A DNA stretch of 64,000 nt, taken from NCBI GenBank assembly GCA_046341215.1, contig JBKDRU010000005.1:79233-143232 (forward strand). The letters run 5' to 3'. This document shows, piece by piece, positions 9,452 through 18,772 of the stretch. The position numbers were made by a program, and so were the translations under genes. This stretch comes from Vampirovibrionales bacterium. GTDB taxonomy: Bacteria; Cyanobacteriota; Vampirovibrionia; Vampirovibrionales; JAJTHC01. How positions within the stretch are numbered: position 1 is the stretch's first letter; each line of letters starts with the position of its first letter. Below the pieces are notes generated by a model. The model was given only the letters and a program-made list of their open reading frames with translations. It did no database searches and was not told the origin of the DNA.

Positions 9452-9907
9452 ATGGATATAACGATTTGGATTGACGCCGATGCCCTACCTTCCGTGTTGA
9501 AGGACTACATTATTAAAATGGCTCGTAAGCGTGAGGTACCGACTGTTTTTGTGTCGAACAAAGCCATCGCCGTGCCTGATCATCCTTTGTTTCAGGCGAT
9601 CCAAGTGGGTCAAGGAGCCGATGTCGCGGATGCCTACATTGTGGAGCAAGCTCAAGCTGGCGACCTCGCCGTAACGCAAGATGTTCCCTTGGCTGACTTA
9701 CTGGTGAGCAAAGGCGTTTCAGTGATTAACTTGCGGGGCGAAGCCTTTACGCCGACGAACATGAAGGGTCGTTTGGCGGTGCGTGATTTTATGAGCGACT
9801 TACGCAGTGCAGGCGTTCAAACAAAAGGCCCTAAACCCTTTGATGAAAGGCAAAAACAAGCCTTTATGAATGGATTTGACAAAGCATTAACGCAGTGTTT
9901 AAAGTAA
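9452..9907 (+). CDS. yaiI: UPF0178 protein YaiI (DUF188)
   Basis: IWIDADALP, FVSN, DVADAYIV, GDLAVTQDVPLA and LRDFM line up with E. coli YaiI along its whole length. The start is placed at the internal MDITIW methionine. Confidence 0.8.
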   Translation: MDITIWIDADALPSVLKDYIIKMARKREVPTVFVSNKAIAVPDHPLFQAIQVGQGADVADAYIVEQAQAGDLAVTQDVPLADLLVSKGVSVINLRGEAFTPTNMKGRLAVRDFMSDLRSAGVQTKGPKPFDERQKQAFMNGFDKALTQCLK

Positions 9908-9976
9908 ATACTCTTTCAGATCTACTATGTTAATGTTGAGCGAATGCTATTTAAGCTTTATTTAAACATTCTTTAC

Positions 9977-10005
9977 TTGACAGACTCGCCCCTACCTACT
10001 ACAAT
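9977..10005 (+). promoter_or_regulatory. Near-consensus sigma70 promoter
   Basis: TTGACA at 9977-9982, an exact 17-bp spacer, then TACAAT at 10000-10005. This is followed by an AAGGAGGA ribosome-binding site 7-8 nt before the ATG at 10054. Confidence 0.7.
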
Positions 10006-10053
10006 AGTCTTAGATGATAAGTCTATCATCGTGAGGTCAAGGAGGAACATGCC

Positions 10054-10383
10054 ATGGGTTTAGCAACAGCGTCTTTTATGAATCAATTGTCTATGATGCA
10101 GACAATGAACGCCCAATACAGCTTGATGAATGGAGCCCAAGCCATGATGGGGCTTAGCAATCAGGCGGGTAATTTGGCGATGTCGAATCCTAGTGCTATT
10201 GACGGAGGCTTCGGGCAGGGTGGTTATATGACTAACCTCTTTCAGACGGAACGTGCCTTAATGTTGAATCAGTCACGGCAAGGAATGAACCTGAAGATGT
10301 ATGAAGCGATGCAAGAATCTTCCAAAAAACTGGTTGATAAAAAATCCAGCGAAGTAGGGAAATACTTGGATGTGACAGGCTAG
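10054..10383 (+). CDS. Small Met/Asn/Gln-rich protein of unknown function
   Basis: The 109-aa protein has about 13% Met and many Asn, Gln and Gly, with no transmembrane segment and no signal peptide. It has a consensus promoter, a strong ribosome-binding site and a strong terminator. Confidence 0.6.
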   Translation: MGLATASFMNQLSMMQTMNAQYSLMNGAQAMMGLSNQAGNLAMSNPSAIDGGFGQGGYMTNLFQTERALMLNQSRQGMNLKMYEAMQESSKKLVDKKSSEVGKYLDVTG

Positions 10384-10409
10384 TGCCTTGTTCTTTTGAA
10401 TCCTTAAAG

Positions 10410-10443
10410 AAAGCCTCTCTTTTTTATTAAAAAGAGAGGCTTT
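10410..10443. terminator. Bidirectional intrinsic terminator
   Basis: AAAGCCTCTCTTTTT-ATT-AAAAAGAGAGGCTTT forms a perfect 15-bp stem. It sits between the convergent small-protein gene and the TPR gene. Confidence 0.8.
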
Positions 10444-10463
10444 AGGTTTGGATGCTATTCAAT

Positions 10464-12113
10464 TTAAAAGTCGAGTTCACGCATCATTGATTCAATATCG
10501 GCAGGTGCCAATTCGTGAGTTTTATCATTCAAGTGCAAGGCTTCTTGAAATAAAGGTTTCGCTAAATGCACTTCTTTAAGCTTCACCAAGGTACGGCCCA
10601 AATTGAATCGAGCCATCGCATAAGACGCATCTAAACGTTGAGCTTCTTCAAAATACTTACGAGCTTCGTTAAAATCTTGCCAAACATCCAAGTACAACAC
10701 ACCCAAATTATTTAAGGCAATGGGGTTTTGCTTGTTTAGGGAAATGGCTTTTTTATAAGCTTTGTCAGCTTCTTGATGACGCCCTGCTTGCCAGTACAAG
10801 TAGCCTAAGAATCCGTAGACTTCCGCATTTTCGGGTTGAAAGCGTAAGATTTTTTGATACACATCCACCGCTTCATCATAGCGTTCATTCTTGCAGTGGG
10901 CTTCCGCCAAGCTAAATAGATCGTTGATATTGGCGGGTTCGAGTTCTTGAGCCAACTGCATACAAGCCAAGGCATGGTCTGTATCGCCCTTATGCTCTTC
11001 GTAAATGCGAGCCAACTGACGAGACACTTGAGCCGTCCATAAGGGGTCAACCCCAAACGTAATGGCTGTTTTATAGGCTTCAATACACCCGTCAATGTCA
11101 CCCATAGATTTCAAGACTTCACCCATGTGATAGTAACTTTTGGCATGATGAGGCATCGTGTTTAATGCGACTCTCAAATGATACAGGGACTTAGTCAAAG
11201 CACCGTGATTCTGAAGAATTTTTGCCAATTCAAAATGCAAGTCACCTTCATTGGGATGCAACGCAATACGAGCTTCCATCACGCAGATGGCTTCTTCCAC
11301 TTGATTCGCATCAAGCAAAGCCGTCACTTCGTCAATTTCTTCTGTAGTCGGATGCTTCGGAAACTTGTGATCTTTAAACTCATGAGAAAAGGCATGGGAA
11401 AACACCTTATGTTCATTTTGTTCAAATTCGCTAGCGAGCATTTCATCAAAGTCTTTTGCCCAGGCATCGGGGACTGCCCCTTTCTTATTTACGGCAAAAA
11501 GTGTCTGACGAGAAGTCGATTGAATACGTTGAGAGCTACCCAAGCGGTTATACCCCATTAGACTTAGCACGGGTTGAATACTTTCAGCAAGCATGAGTAA
11601 GAATCCGTGTTGTAAGACGCTAAGACTTAAAATCTGTTCTTGCAACGCCCATGACGTGATTAGGTGGCGTGTATGAATATTCAGCACTGGGGAGAGTTTC
11701 AAGGATTTTTGAGCAGACGTTTGGGCAGGAGCCTTTAAGCCACATTCCCACTGAAAAAAGGCGAGAAAATGCCATGCTTCCCCACACTGTGGATCTTCTT
11801 CCACAATGCGTTGCAAGGTGCCTAGCCCTTCCATAAGCACCATGGTGCCTGTGAGCCATTTCGCCCAAGTATAACGAGTACTATGTAGGCTACTTTCTAA
11901 TAAACGTTGCCCTTGATTGCTATAAAACGCCAGCAAGGCGTCTAAATCAGGGGCGGCGGGTTGCTTAAGCAATCTTGCCCAAACCTGATGCGATTGAGCT
12001 TCAGAAAGAATGGTTAAAACGGGTGAAAAGCCTTGAGGAGCATGTGACGCAGGGGTGTGCAATGCTGAAGAAGCGTGGCGTTGTGCATGAAAAGAATGCT
12101 GTGGAAGATTCAT
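10464..12113 (-). CDS. TPR-repeat protein
   Basis: The C-terminal ~300 aa contain multiple 34-aa TPR-like repeats (for example AEVYGFLGYLYWQAGRHQEADKAYKKAISLNKQN). The N-terminal ~240 aa have no recognisable domain. Confidence 0.65.
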   Translation of the reverse strand: MNLPQHSFHAQRHASSALHTPASHAPQGFSPVLTILSEAQSHQVWARLLKQPAAPDLDALLAFYSNQGQRLLESSLHSTRYTWAKWLTGTMVLMEGLGTLQRIVEEDPQCGEAWHFLAFFQWECGLKAPAQTSAQKSLKLSPVLNIHTRHLITSWALQEQILSLSVLQHGFLLMLAESIQPVLSLMGYNRLGSSQRIQSTSRQTLFAVNKKGAVPDAWAKDFDEMLASEFEQNEHKVFSHAFSHEFKDHKFPKHPTTEEIDEVTALLDANQVEEAICVMEARIALHPNEGDLHFELAKILQNHGALTKSLYHLRVALNTMPHHAKSYYHMGEVLKSMGDIDGCIEAYKTAITFGVDPLWTAQVSRQLARIYEEHKGDTDHALACMQLAQELEPANINDLFSLAEAHCKNERYDEAVDVYQKILRFQPENAEVYGFLGYLYWQAGRHQEADKAYKKAISLNKQNPIALNNLGVLYLDVWQDFNEARKYFEEAQRLDASYAMARFNLGRTLVKLKEVHLAKPLFQEALHLNDKTHELAPADIESMMRELDF

Positions 12114-12511
12114 GTAAGGATTCCCTTTTTGTCTTTTCTGCCAAAAAGGCAGGCAAAGAAGCAGGTAATATAGACATATTGCCTACAAAGTGAATCCATC
12201 CACTTATGTGAGGTTGAGAGAGGGTCGCAAGTCATCCGTCACTTGCGGTGAGACAAAACTCGTGATACTGTATCGACGTTTATCGGTTGATACGAGAGTT
12301 GTTTATTTCACAACACACGTTTCGGCAGGACGCTCTCTACACTGAAGACGGCTCCTTAATTTGGAGGAGTCTTGGGGGAAGTGCAAAATGTGAAAAGAGG
12401 ATTTTAGAAAGCCGTTTTCCCCGACTTGGGCGAAACGTGCTAAAATAAGATATTCCGAACTTATTGAGAAAGTTCTTCCACAAATTGTTTTATAAAAAGG
12501 TAGATCCCTTC

Positions 12512-15500
12512 ATGGTTTCCGCACCGACCCCTCCTTCATCTGACACCCCACACACCAAGCTACAACATAGCCTTGCCACCGCTTATTGGATGCACCGCAT
12601 CCACAGCCATAAAGATGTTCACGCCGTCTTACAACCCAAAAAAGCAGGCAAGAAAACTCACGCCGTACATTTGGAACATCTGCAAACCGCCACCGCCAAA
12701 GCGACGCTCTTAAAATTGATGCTCAGCGAAACGCAAACCCCTATCGTGGTGATTTGCCCTGATGCCCCAAACGTTTTGAACATTTACGCCGCCCTTGAAC
12801 CCTGCTTCCAAAGTAGCTTTGCCTTTCAAGAACAGGTGCATCGCTACCCGACGGACGTCTTTTCGCCGTATGATATGACTCGCATTCCCTGCCCTGTTTT
12901 GAACGAACATTATGCGTTCTTGCATGACTTACAGGCTGAAAAGGCGGGGATTTATCTCGTGCAAGCTCGTAATTTAATCCCTACCTTTCCGAGCTTGGAC
13001 TATCTGCAAAGTGAAGGGCTTTCGCTGAAAGAAGGCGACGAGCAAGACATTGAAGAAGCCGTTGAACGCTTAATTGCCATGGGCTACACGCCGAAAAACT
13101 TGGTGCAAACCGTCGGTGAGTTTTCTCGCCGAGGCGACTTGCTCGATATTTACCCTGTTAACGCCTCACCCGTGAGATTGTCCTTCTTTGGGGATAGTGT
13201 CGAAAATATTCGCTTGATGGATGTTGAAACGCAACGATCGGTTGAGAAAATCGGCGGTGTCACCGTCTTTCCGATTGATACACTCGTCTTAACCCAAGAA
13301 CGCAAGGAACAACTTGAACCGCTTTTATTGAAGGCGTTGAAGGCGCATTCCAAAAAAATCGACGACAAAAATAACCTCGACGGCTTGGCTGAAAACATCA
13401 ATCAACAGCTTCAAAGCATCGAACAAGGCGTCGTGCCTGATGATCTCAACTATTATGCCCCCTTCTTCAAGGTGCCGTTTCACAATTTGACGCAATATCT
13501 TACGAAATCGTCGATTTTGGTGCTGGACGATTGGCAAGAAGCCATCGTGCAAATGGAAAATCTCGATGCCCGTTTTGCGTCGCAATACGACAAAGGCACC
13601 AGCCAAGGGCATTTGCTCGATTTAGGGGCGAAAGCAGACCAGTATCCCTTACACGCTTCGGCAAACCTCATTAGTCGAGCCTTGCATCAACCGTCGTCGC
13701 ATCGCTTGATGTATACTTACGCTCACCACGCCTTAACGCCCGATGCAGCACTCACCGATATTGAACAAGTGACCTTGCAAAATCCCCTCAAAGCCGAAGT
13801 GGTGCATCGTTTTCAAGCCAAGCTCAATGAAGCGATTGTGGCGATGAAAGAATGGCGAGCTGCTGGTGTTCAGATTTGGGTGGCGACGGATTACCCCCAA
13901 CGACTTTTAGACCTCTGTCGTGAAGCGGATTTACCCACCCAGTATTGGGCGGATATTTATGACGCTGAAAATCCTGTGCAAGAAGCCAAGCTCAAAAAAT
14001 CTTTAGACGGCTTAGAGATCATTATTTGTAAAACCGCTTTAAATGACGGCGTTTTCTTGCCTCATCTCAAAATGATTTATCTGACGGATGCTGAACTCTT
14101 TGGACGTGGGCGAGTGCGTCGCACGCAAAGTGAACGTCAAAACAAGCATAAGCGGGATCAAGACCGTGCGATTAATTCTTTGTCGGATCTAAAACCCAAC
14201 GATTATGTGGTGCATCACAAGCACGGCATCGGGCAGTTTGTGGAACTCAAGCAAATCGTCATGGAAACGGAAAAGCGTGAATACTTAGAGATTCAGTATC
14301 GTGGGAATGACCGTCTTTTCTTGCCTGTCGAACAATTGCATTTGTTGGCTCGCTTTAACGGCACAGGCGATGTAAAACCTGTGTTGTCTAAAATGGGCGG
14401 GGCGGAATGGCGTCGGGTGACGGCGAAAGTCAAAAACTCGATTCAAAATATCGCCAATGAGCTTGTGGCGTTGTACAAGGCTCGTCAAGAAGTCAAAGGC
14501 ATTAGCTTTGAACCGGATACGCCTTGGCAAGTCGAAATGGAAGAAGCCTTTCCTTTTGAAGAAACACCTGACCAGTGGAAGGCGATTTTAGACACTAAAA
14601 AAGACATGGAACATCACCAACCCATGGACAGGCTCATTTGCGGAGACGTGGGCTTTGGTAAAACCGAAGTCGCTTTGCGAGCCTTGTTCAAGTGTGTGAT
14701 GTCAGGCAGGCAAACCGCCTTTTTGGTGCCGACCACGATTTTGGCTCAACAGCATTTTAACACCGTCTCTGAACGGCTCGCCCCGTGGGGCGTGCGAGTG
14801 GGGCTTTTGTCTCGCTTTAAAACGCCTCGGGAACAAAAAGAAACGCTGATCAAAATGAAGGCGGGCGAAATTGATATTTTGGTTGGCACGCACCGCTTGC
14901 TTCAAAAGGATATTATCTTTAAAGATTTGGGCTTGCTGGTCATCGATGAAGAGCATCGCTTTGGCGTGGCTCACAAGGAACGCATCAAGCAAATGCGAAC
15001 CAATGTGGATGTCTTGAGCATGTCCGCCACGCCCATTCCTCGTACCTTGCATATGTCGCTGTCTGGCGTGCGTGAAATGAGTTTGATCAATACCGCACCT
15101 GTCAACCGATTGCCTGTGCAAACACGAGTCGGCGGATTCAATCCTGCTCAATTGCGTATGGCGATTCTGCATGAGCTTGATCGTGGGGGGCAGATTTACT
15201 ACCTTCACAACCGTGTGCAAAGTATTTACGATCGTTGTGCTGAACTGCAAAAAATCGTGCCTGAAGCCCGAGTGCGTGTCGCCCATGGGCAGATGCCCCC
15301 CAACGAGCTGGAAACCGCCATGCTCGATTTTGCCAATAAGCAGTTTGACATTCTGGTTGCGACCACCATTATTGAAAGTGGGGTGGATATTCCCAATGCC
15401 AACACGCTGATTATCGATGATGCGGATCGCTACGGCTTGGCTCAGTTGTATCAGATTCGTGGACGGGTCGGGCGAAGTGACGTACAAGCCTATGCCTATC

Positions 15501-16402
15501 TCTATCACGATGCAGACAAAGTCCTCACCGAAGATGCCAAAAACCGCCTGCGTGCCATCCGAGAGTTCACCGCCTTAGGCAGTGGTTACCAAATCGCCAT
15601 GCGAGACATGGAAATCCGAGGCGTGGGCAACTTATTAGGGGCTGAACAGCATGGTCACATGATGCAAATCGGCTTTGAAATGTATTGCGAACTGTTGAAT
15701 CAAGCGGTGGAAGCGGCTCACAAGGGTGAACGCTTGGAAGAGCAAACGCAAGAACCAGCGGTTATTGATCTCAACATTACCGCCTTTATTCCTGAACCGT
15801 ATGTGGGCAGTCGAGACGTGAAACTGCAGGAATACCGTCGTTTGGCGGCCGCCAAAAGTGAAACGCAGTTGGATCTAATCGTCGCTGAATGGCAAGATCG
15901 CTTTGGCAAGGTGCCTGCGCCTGCTAAGCAGTTGGTGCATTTGGCTCGCTTGCGTGTGCAATCGACTGAACTCAACATTCCGTTGGTACGCACCGATGAA
16001 GAACAGCTCAAAATCAGCGTGCCGTATGGCTTAAAGCAGTGGATGCACCTACAACAGCTCTTGCCTGAAGGGATTGCGCCGAAATTGCGGTGGGTCGCGC
16101 CTGCCAAATCAAATGAAGGGCATAGCTTTGCGACGCTTCACTTTAAGCACATGGGTGCCAGTGGCGAGCGTTTACTGCAATTTGTCACGGAACTATTTAA
16201 AGCCTTGTTGGACTTAAAGAAAAAGGGTAAGCTCGACGAAGCTGTGAGTGCATCGGCACAAAATGAGCGTTACACAGGCGGAAGGGCTTCGGTGAAGACG
16301 ACCGCTGTAGAAGAAGCCAAATCTCAAGCCAATCGAGACAAATCGCTGGCGGCATCAGAAGCTCGAACCGCTGCTCGTTTTCGTTCCCTGCGTGGCTATT
16401 AA
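12512..16402 (+). CDS. mfd: Transcription-repair coupling factor Mfd
   Basis: The TRCF-specific region, the DEAD-box helicase motifs GDVGFGKTEVA and DEEHRFGV, the helicase C domain and the D7 domain are all present. The ORF begins at a TTG at 12464, but the ATG at 12512 is the more likely start. A ~100-aa Lys/Ala/Glu-rich C-terminal tail follows D7. Confidence 0.9.
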   Translation: MVSAPTPPSSDTPHTKLQHSLATAYWMHRIHSHKDVHAVLQPKKAGKKTHAVHLEHLQTATAKATLLKLMLSETQTPIVVICPDAPNVLNIYAALEPCFQSSFAFQEQVHRYPTDVFSPYDMTRIPCPVLNEHYAFLHDLQAEKAGIYLVQARNLIPTFPSLDYLQSEGLSLKEGDEQDIEEAVERLIAMGYTPKNLVQTVGEFSRRGDLLDIYPVNASPVRLSFFGDSVENIRLMDVETQRSVEKIGGVTVFPIDTLVLTQERKEQLEPLLLKALKAHSKKIDDKNNLDGLAENINQQLQSIEQGVVPDDLNYYAPFFKVPFHNLTQYLTKSSILVLDDWQEAIVQMENLDARFASQYDKGTSQGHLLDLGAKADQYPLHASANLISRALHQPSSHRLMYTYAHHALTPDAALTDIEQVTLQNPLKAEVVHRFQAKLNEAIVAMKEWRAAGVQIWVATDYPQRLLDLCREADLPTQYWADIYDAENPVQEAKLKKSLDGLEIIICKTALNDGVFLPHLKMIYLTDAELFGRGRVRRTQSERQNKHKRDQDRAINSLSDLKPNDYVVHHKHGIGQFVELKQIVMETEKREYLEIQYRGNDRLFLPVEQLHLLARFNGTGDVKPVLSKMGGAEWRRVTAKVKNSIQNIANELVALYKARQEVKGISFEPDTPWQVEMEEAFPFEETPDQWKAILDTKKDMEHHQPMDRLICGDVGFGKTEVALRALFKCVMSGRQTAFLVPTTILAQQHFNTVSERLAPWGVRVGLLSRFKTPREQKETLIKMKAGEIDILVGTHRLLQKDIIFKDLGLLVIDEEHRFGVAHKERIKQMRTNVDVLSMSATPIPRTLHMSLSGVREMSLINTAPVNRLPVQTRVGGFNPAQLRMAILHELDRGGQIYYLHNRVQSIYDRCAELQKIVPEARVRVAHGQMPPNELETAMLDFANKQFDILVATTIIESGVDIPNANTLIIDDADRYGLAQLYQIRGRVGRSDVQAYAYLYHDADKVLTEDAKNRLRAIREFTALGSGYQIAMRDMEIRGVGNLLGAEQHGHMMQIGFEMYCELLNQAVEAAHKGERLEEQTQEPAVIDLNITAFIPEPYVGSRDVKLQEYRRLAAAKSETQLDLIVAEWQDRFGKVPAPAKQLVHLARLRVQSTELNIPLVRTDEEQLKISVPYGLKQWMHLQQLLPEGIAPKLRWVAPAKSNEGHSFATLHFKHMGASGERLLQFVTELFKALLDLKKKGKLDEAVSASAQNERYTGGRASVKTTAVEEAKSQANRDKSLAASEARTAARFRSLRGY

Positions 16403-16439
16403 GTGGCGGACTACTTGCTTTCAGATAAAAGGGAGAGGT

Positions 16440-17009
16440 TTAAAATAGCCACTCATTCTTTTTATCGGTGTATGGGTCTTCACTACTGTTGCGCATTGTG
16501 GTGAAAAGTGTATCCAAAGTCGTAGGTGTGTGGAGTACTTGCTTTTTATCAATAGAGAGTGTATTTAGTAAATGCTTACTAATGTGCGTTTCTATTATTC
16601 CCATTTCTTCCAATTTACTTGTTAGGGGATAGGTCAACATATTTTTTGGGTAGGCTAGAAGTTGGTAATTGTTAACATCGAGTCCTGTTCTGCCCTTCTC
16701 TCGTATACGAAATCTGAAGGGAAAATAGGGATTTTCAGGCTCAATCCCATAGATTGACTTATAACCCCTACGTGAAGCCCTATACATATTTGAAACACTA
16801 ATACCCCTAATAAATTCCTTATCATAAGTATCTACTATACGTTGTACGGCAGCCTCCCAAGTTTCTTGAGGAATGTGGGCTACCTCCTTAAAAACGGTTA
16901 CCCCTTCACGTTGTGTATTTGAGCGTTTGGAAGGAGAGAGAGACGGAGAAGCATAGAGGGGAGGAGCCTTTAATTTCATGAGAAAAACCTTTCGAAAATC
17001 AGGGGTCAT
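16440..17009 (-). CDS. Hypothetical ORFan (189 aa)
   Basis: The ATG start was verified. No motif was recognised. It looks markedly AT-richer than its flanks by eye. It lies 66 bp downstream of the radical SAM gene on the same strand. Confidence 0.4.
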   Translation of the reverse strand: MTPDFRKVFLMKLKAPPLYASPSLSPSKRSNTQREGVTVFKEVAHIPQETWEAAVQRIVDTYDKEFIRGISVSNMYRASRRGYKSIYGIEPENPYFPFRFRIREKGRTGLDVNNYQLLAYPKNMLTYPLTSKLEEMGIIETHISKHLLNTLSIDKKQVLHTPTTLDTLFTTMRNSSEDPYTDKKNEWLF

Positions 17010-17075
17010 AAAAATAATAACATTGATATATTAATAATACTATCTAAAAAATACTTGTCAATACTCTGATTTTCT

Positions 17076-17903
17076 CTAGCGATAAATCGAAATCAAAGGG
17101 ATGCGTCCTTGCGTGGCGTCACCAAAAAGCGACTCAATGCGTTGAGCCTCATCTTCACTAATCGTCTTCAACACACGACTTTCCACAATCGCTTCCCCAT
17201 GATTGCCCCGATTTTCAACCAGCCAGCTCATGGGGTAAGGTCGCTTGGGCGTGTTGAGCTGAATCTCGTCTAAATCCAAATCCTTCACCAGCTCAACCAA
17301 GGCATCCACATCGTCGTGATTGGTGGGCATAAACATACATTGCAAGGAAAGCTTGCCGTCATACGATTGACGCAACGCCTTAATCCCTGAGACAATCGAC
17401 GCCATATCAATGCCCGCCACAGGACGGTTCATCCGCTGTAAAACAGTGTCTGTGGCGGCATCGAGCTTACACGCCACGTGATCCGCATAGTTGAGATCTG
17501 CTCGTACCGCAGGGTCGTTCAACAAGGTCGCATTGGTCAAAACGGTGCTGGGTTTCGCCGTATATTCACGAATCACTTGCAAGACTTCCCCAAGGTTCAA
17601 GGCTAGCGTGGGTTCGCCGTTGCCTGAAATGGTGACCAAATCGGCTTTTTCCCAATCGCTTAAACGCAGGTCACGCTCCACCTTTTCAGTCGCCACATAG
17701 ATTTTACGCTCCGCCGTTTTTACCTGAATATCACCTAGTTGACAGTAGACACAATTAAAGGAGCAAATCGAATGATTGAGGAGCAAATCTACCCCCAAGC
17801 TCGCTCCCAGTCGCCAGCTTTTCACCGGTCCATAAATGCAAGACGGCCCTGATTCGACGGCATCAAAATCAACGAGGCTTGTTTGAATTGGGTTGCGGGT
17901 CAT
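17076..17903 (-). CDS. Radical SAM protein (COG0731-like small Fe-S oxidoreductase)
   Basis: The CxxxCxxC cluster motif is present as CSFNCVYCQ. It is preceded by YGPVKSWRLGASLGVDL, a pattern typical of the small COG0731 radical-SAM family. The ATG start was verified. Confidence 0.7.
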   Translation of the reverse strand: MTRNPIQTSLVDFDAVESGPSCIYGPVKSWRLGASLGVDLLLNHSICSFNCVYCQLGDIQVKTAERKIYVATEKVERDLRLSDWEKADLVTISGNGEPTLALNLGEVLQVIREYTAKPSTVLTNATLLNDPAVRADLNYADHVACKLDAATDTVLQRMNRPVAGIDMASIVSGIKALRQSYDGKLSLQCMFMPTNHDDVDALVELVKDLDLDEIQLNTPKRPYPMSWLVENRGNHGEAIVESRVLKTISEDEAQRIESLFGDATQGRIPLISIYR

Positions 17904-17977
17904 GGTAAAGTCTCCTTCGATAAGGTATTTTTATGCTAACATAAAAGCGTCACGATTTAAACGCAAAGGAAAGTCTT

Positions 17978-18772
17978 ATGAACGCCGAATACATTTTAAT
18001 TGCAGGAGCCAGCGGTAAAATGGGGACGCCCTTTGTCGCTACCTGCTTGGACGATGACGCCCTGTGCCTCGTTGCCACGACCAGCCGTCGTTTGGCAGGG
18101 ACGAAAATCCATGGCAAATCAGACCTTCAGGCTCATGCCAGCGTGGAAGAGGCGATTGCTCACGCCACGCATCCGCCGACGGTGGGGGTCGAGTTGACGC
18201 ATCCTAGCACGGTGTATGCCAACGTGCTTGCGATGATCGACGCAGGTATTGCCCCCGTGATTGGGGCAACAGGCTTGACCGCTGAACAAGAAAAAGAGAT
18301 TGACGCCAAATTAAAAGCGAAAAAACTCGCAGGATTACTCGTGCCGAACTTTTCGATTGGTGCCGTCCTGATGATGCGTTTTGCCGCAGAAGCCAGCCGT
18401 TACTTCGATCATGCCGAAATTATCGAGTTGCATCACAACCAAAAAGCCGATGCTCCTAGTGGCACAAGCCTTCGCACGGTGCAGATGATGCAAGCGGTGC
18501 GTCCTGATTTTGCGGTGACTAACGGTATTGAACATGAAACGCTCGCTGGAGCGAGGGGTGCGACATCTGAAGGAAACATCCACATTCATTCGGTTCGCTT
18601 ACCTGGACTCGTGGCTCACCAAGAAGTCTTGTTTGGCGACTTGGGGCAAATGCTCAGCATCAGGCACGACAGTTTCAATCGTGATTGCTTTATGGCAGGC
18701 ATTGCCTTGTGCTGTAAAAAAGTACGTTCGCTAGAAAGTGGTTTACACCACGGACTAGAAACCGTTCTTTAA
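17978..18772 (+). CDS. dapB: 4-hydroxy-tetrahydrodipicolinate reductase
   Basis: N-terminal Rossmann pattern AGASGKMG and the DapB signature [15 protein letters not shown] are present. Confidence 0.9.
   Translation: MNAEYILIAGASGKMGTPFVATCLDDDALCLVATTSRRLAGTKIHGKSDLQAHASVEEAIAHATHPPTVGVELTHPSTVYANVLAMIDAGIAPVIGATGLTAEQEKEIDAKLKAKKLAGLLVPNFSIGAVLMMRFAAEASRYFDHAEIIELHHNQKADAPSGTSLRTVQMMQAVRPDFAVTNGIEHETLAGARGATSEGNIHIHSVRLPGLVAHQEVLFGDLGQMLSIRHDSFNRDCFMAGIALCCKKVRSLESGLHHGLETVL

Noticed and set aside
12114-12463. A 350-bp divergent intergenic region as a possible ncRNA gene (RNase P, tmRNA or 6S)
   Set aside because: None of the signature motifs are present (GGGGCUGAUUC for tmRNA, GGAAAGUCCGG-type P4 for RNase P RNA). 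Only weak partial palindromes occur. Part of it is probably the mfd 5' leader because the track's TTG start is upstream of the likely ATG.
14702-15508. A 268-aa antisense ORF inside mfd, and similar shadow ORFs (21204..21773 in tig, 36062..36664 in the repeat protein, 39448..39906 in glgX, 19064..19462 in clpX)
   Set aside because: They overlap well-supported genes entirely on the opposite strand. They have no ribosome-binding site or motif support and are typical GC-rich shadow frames.
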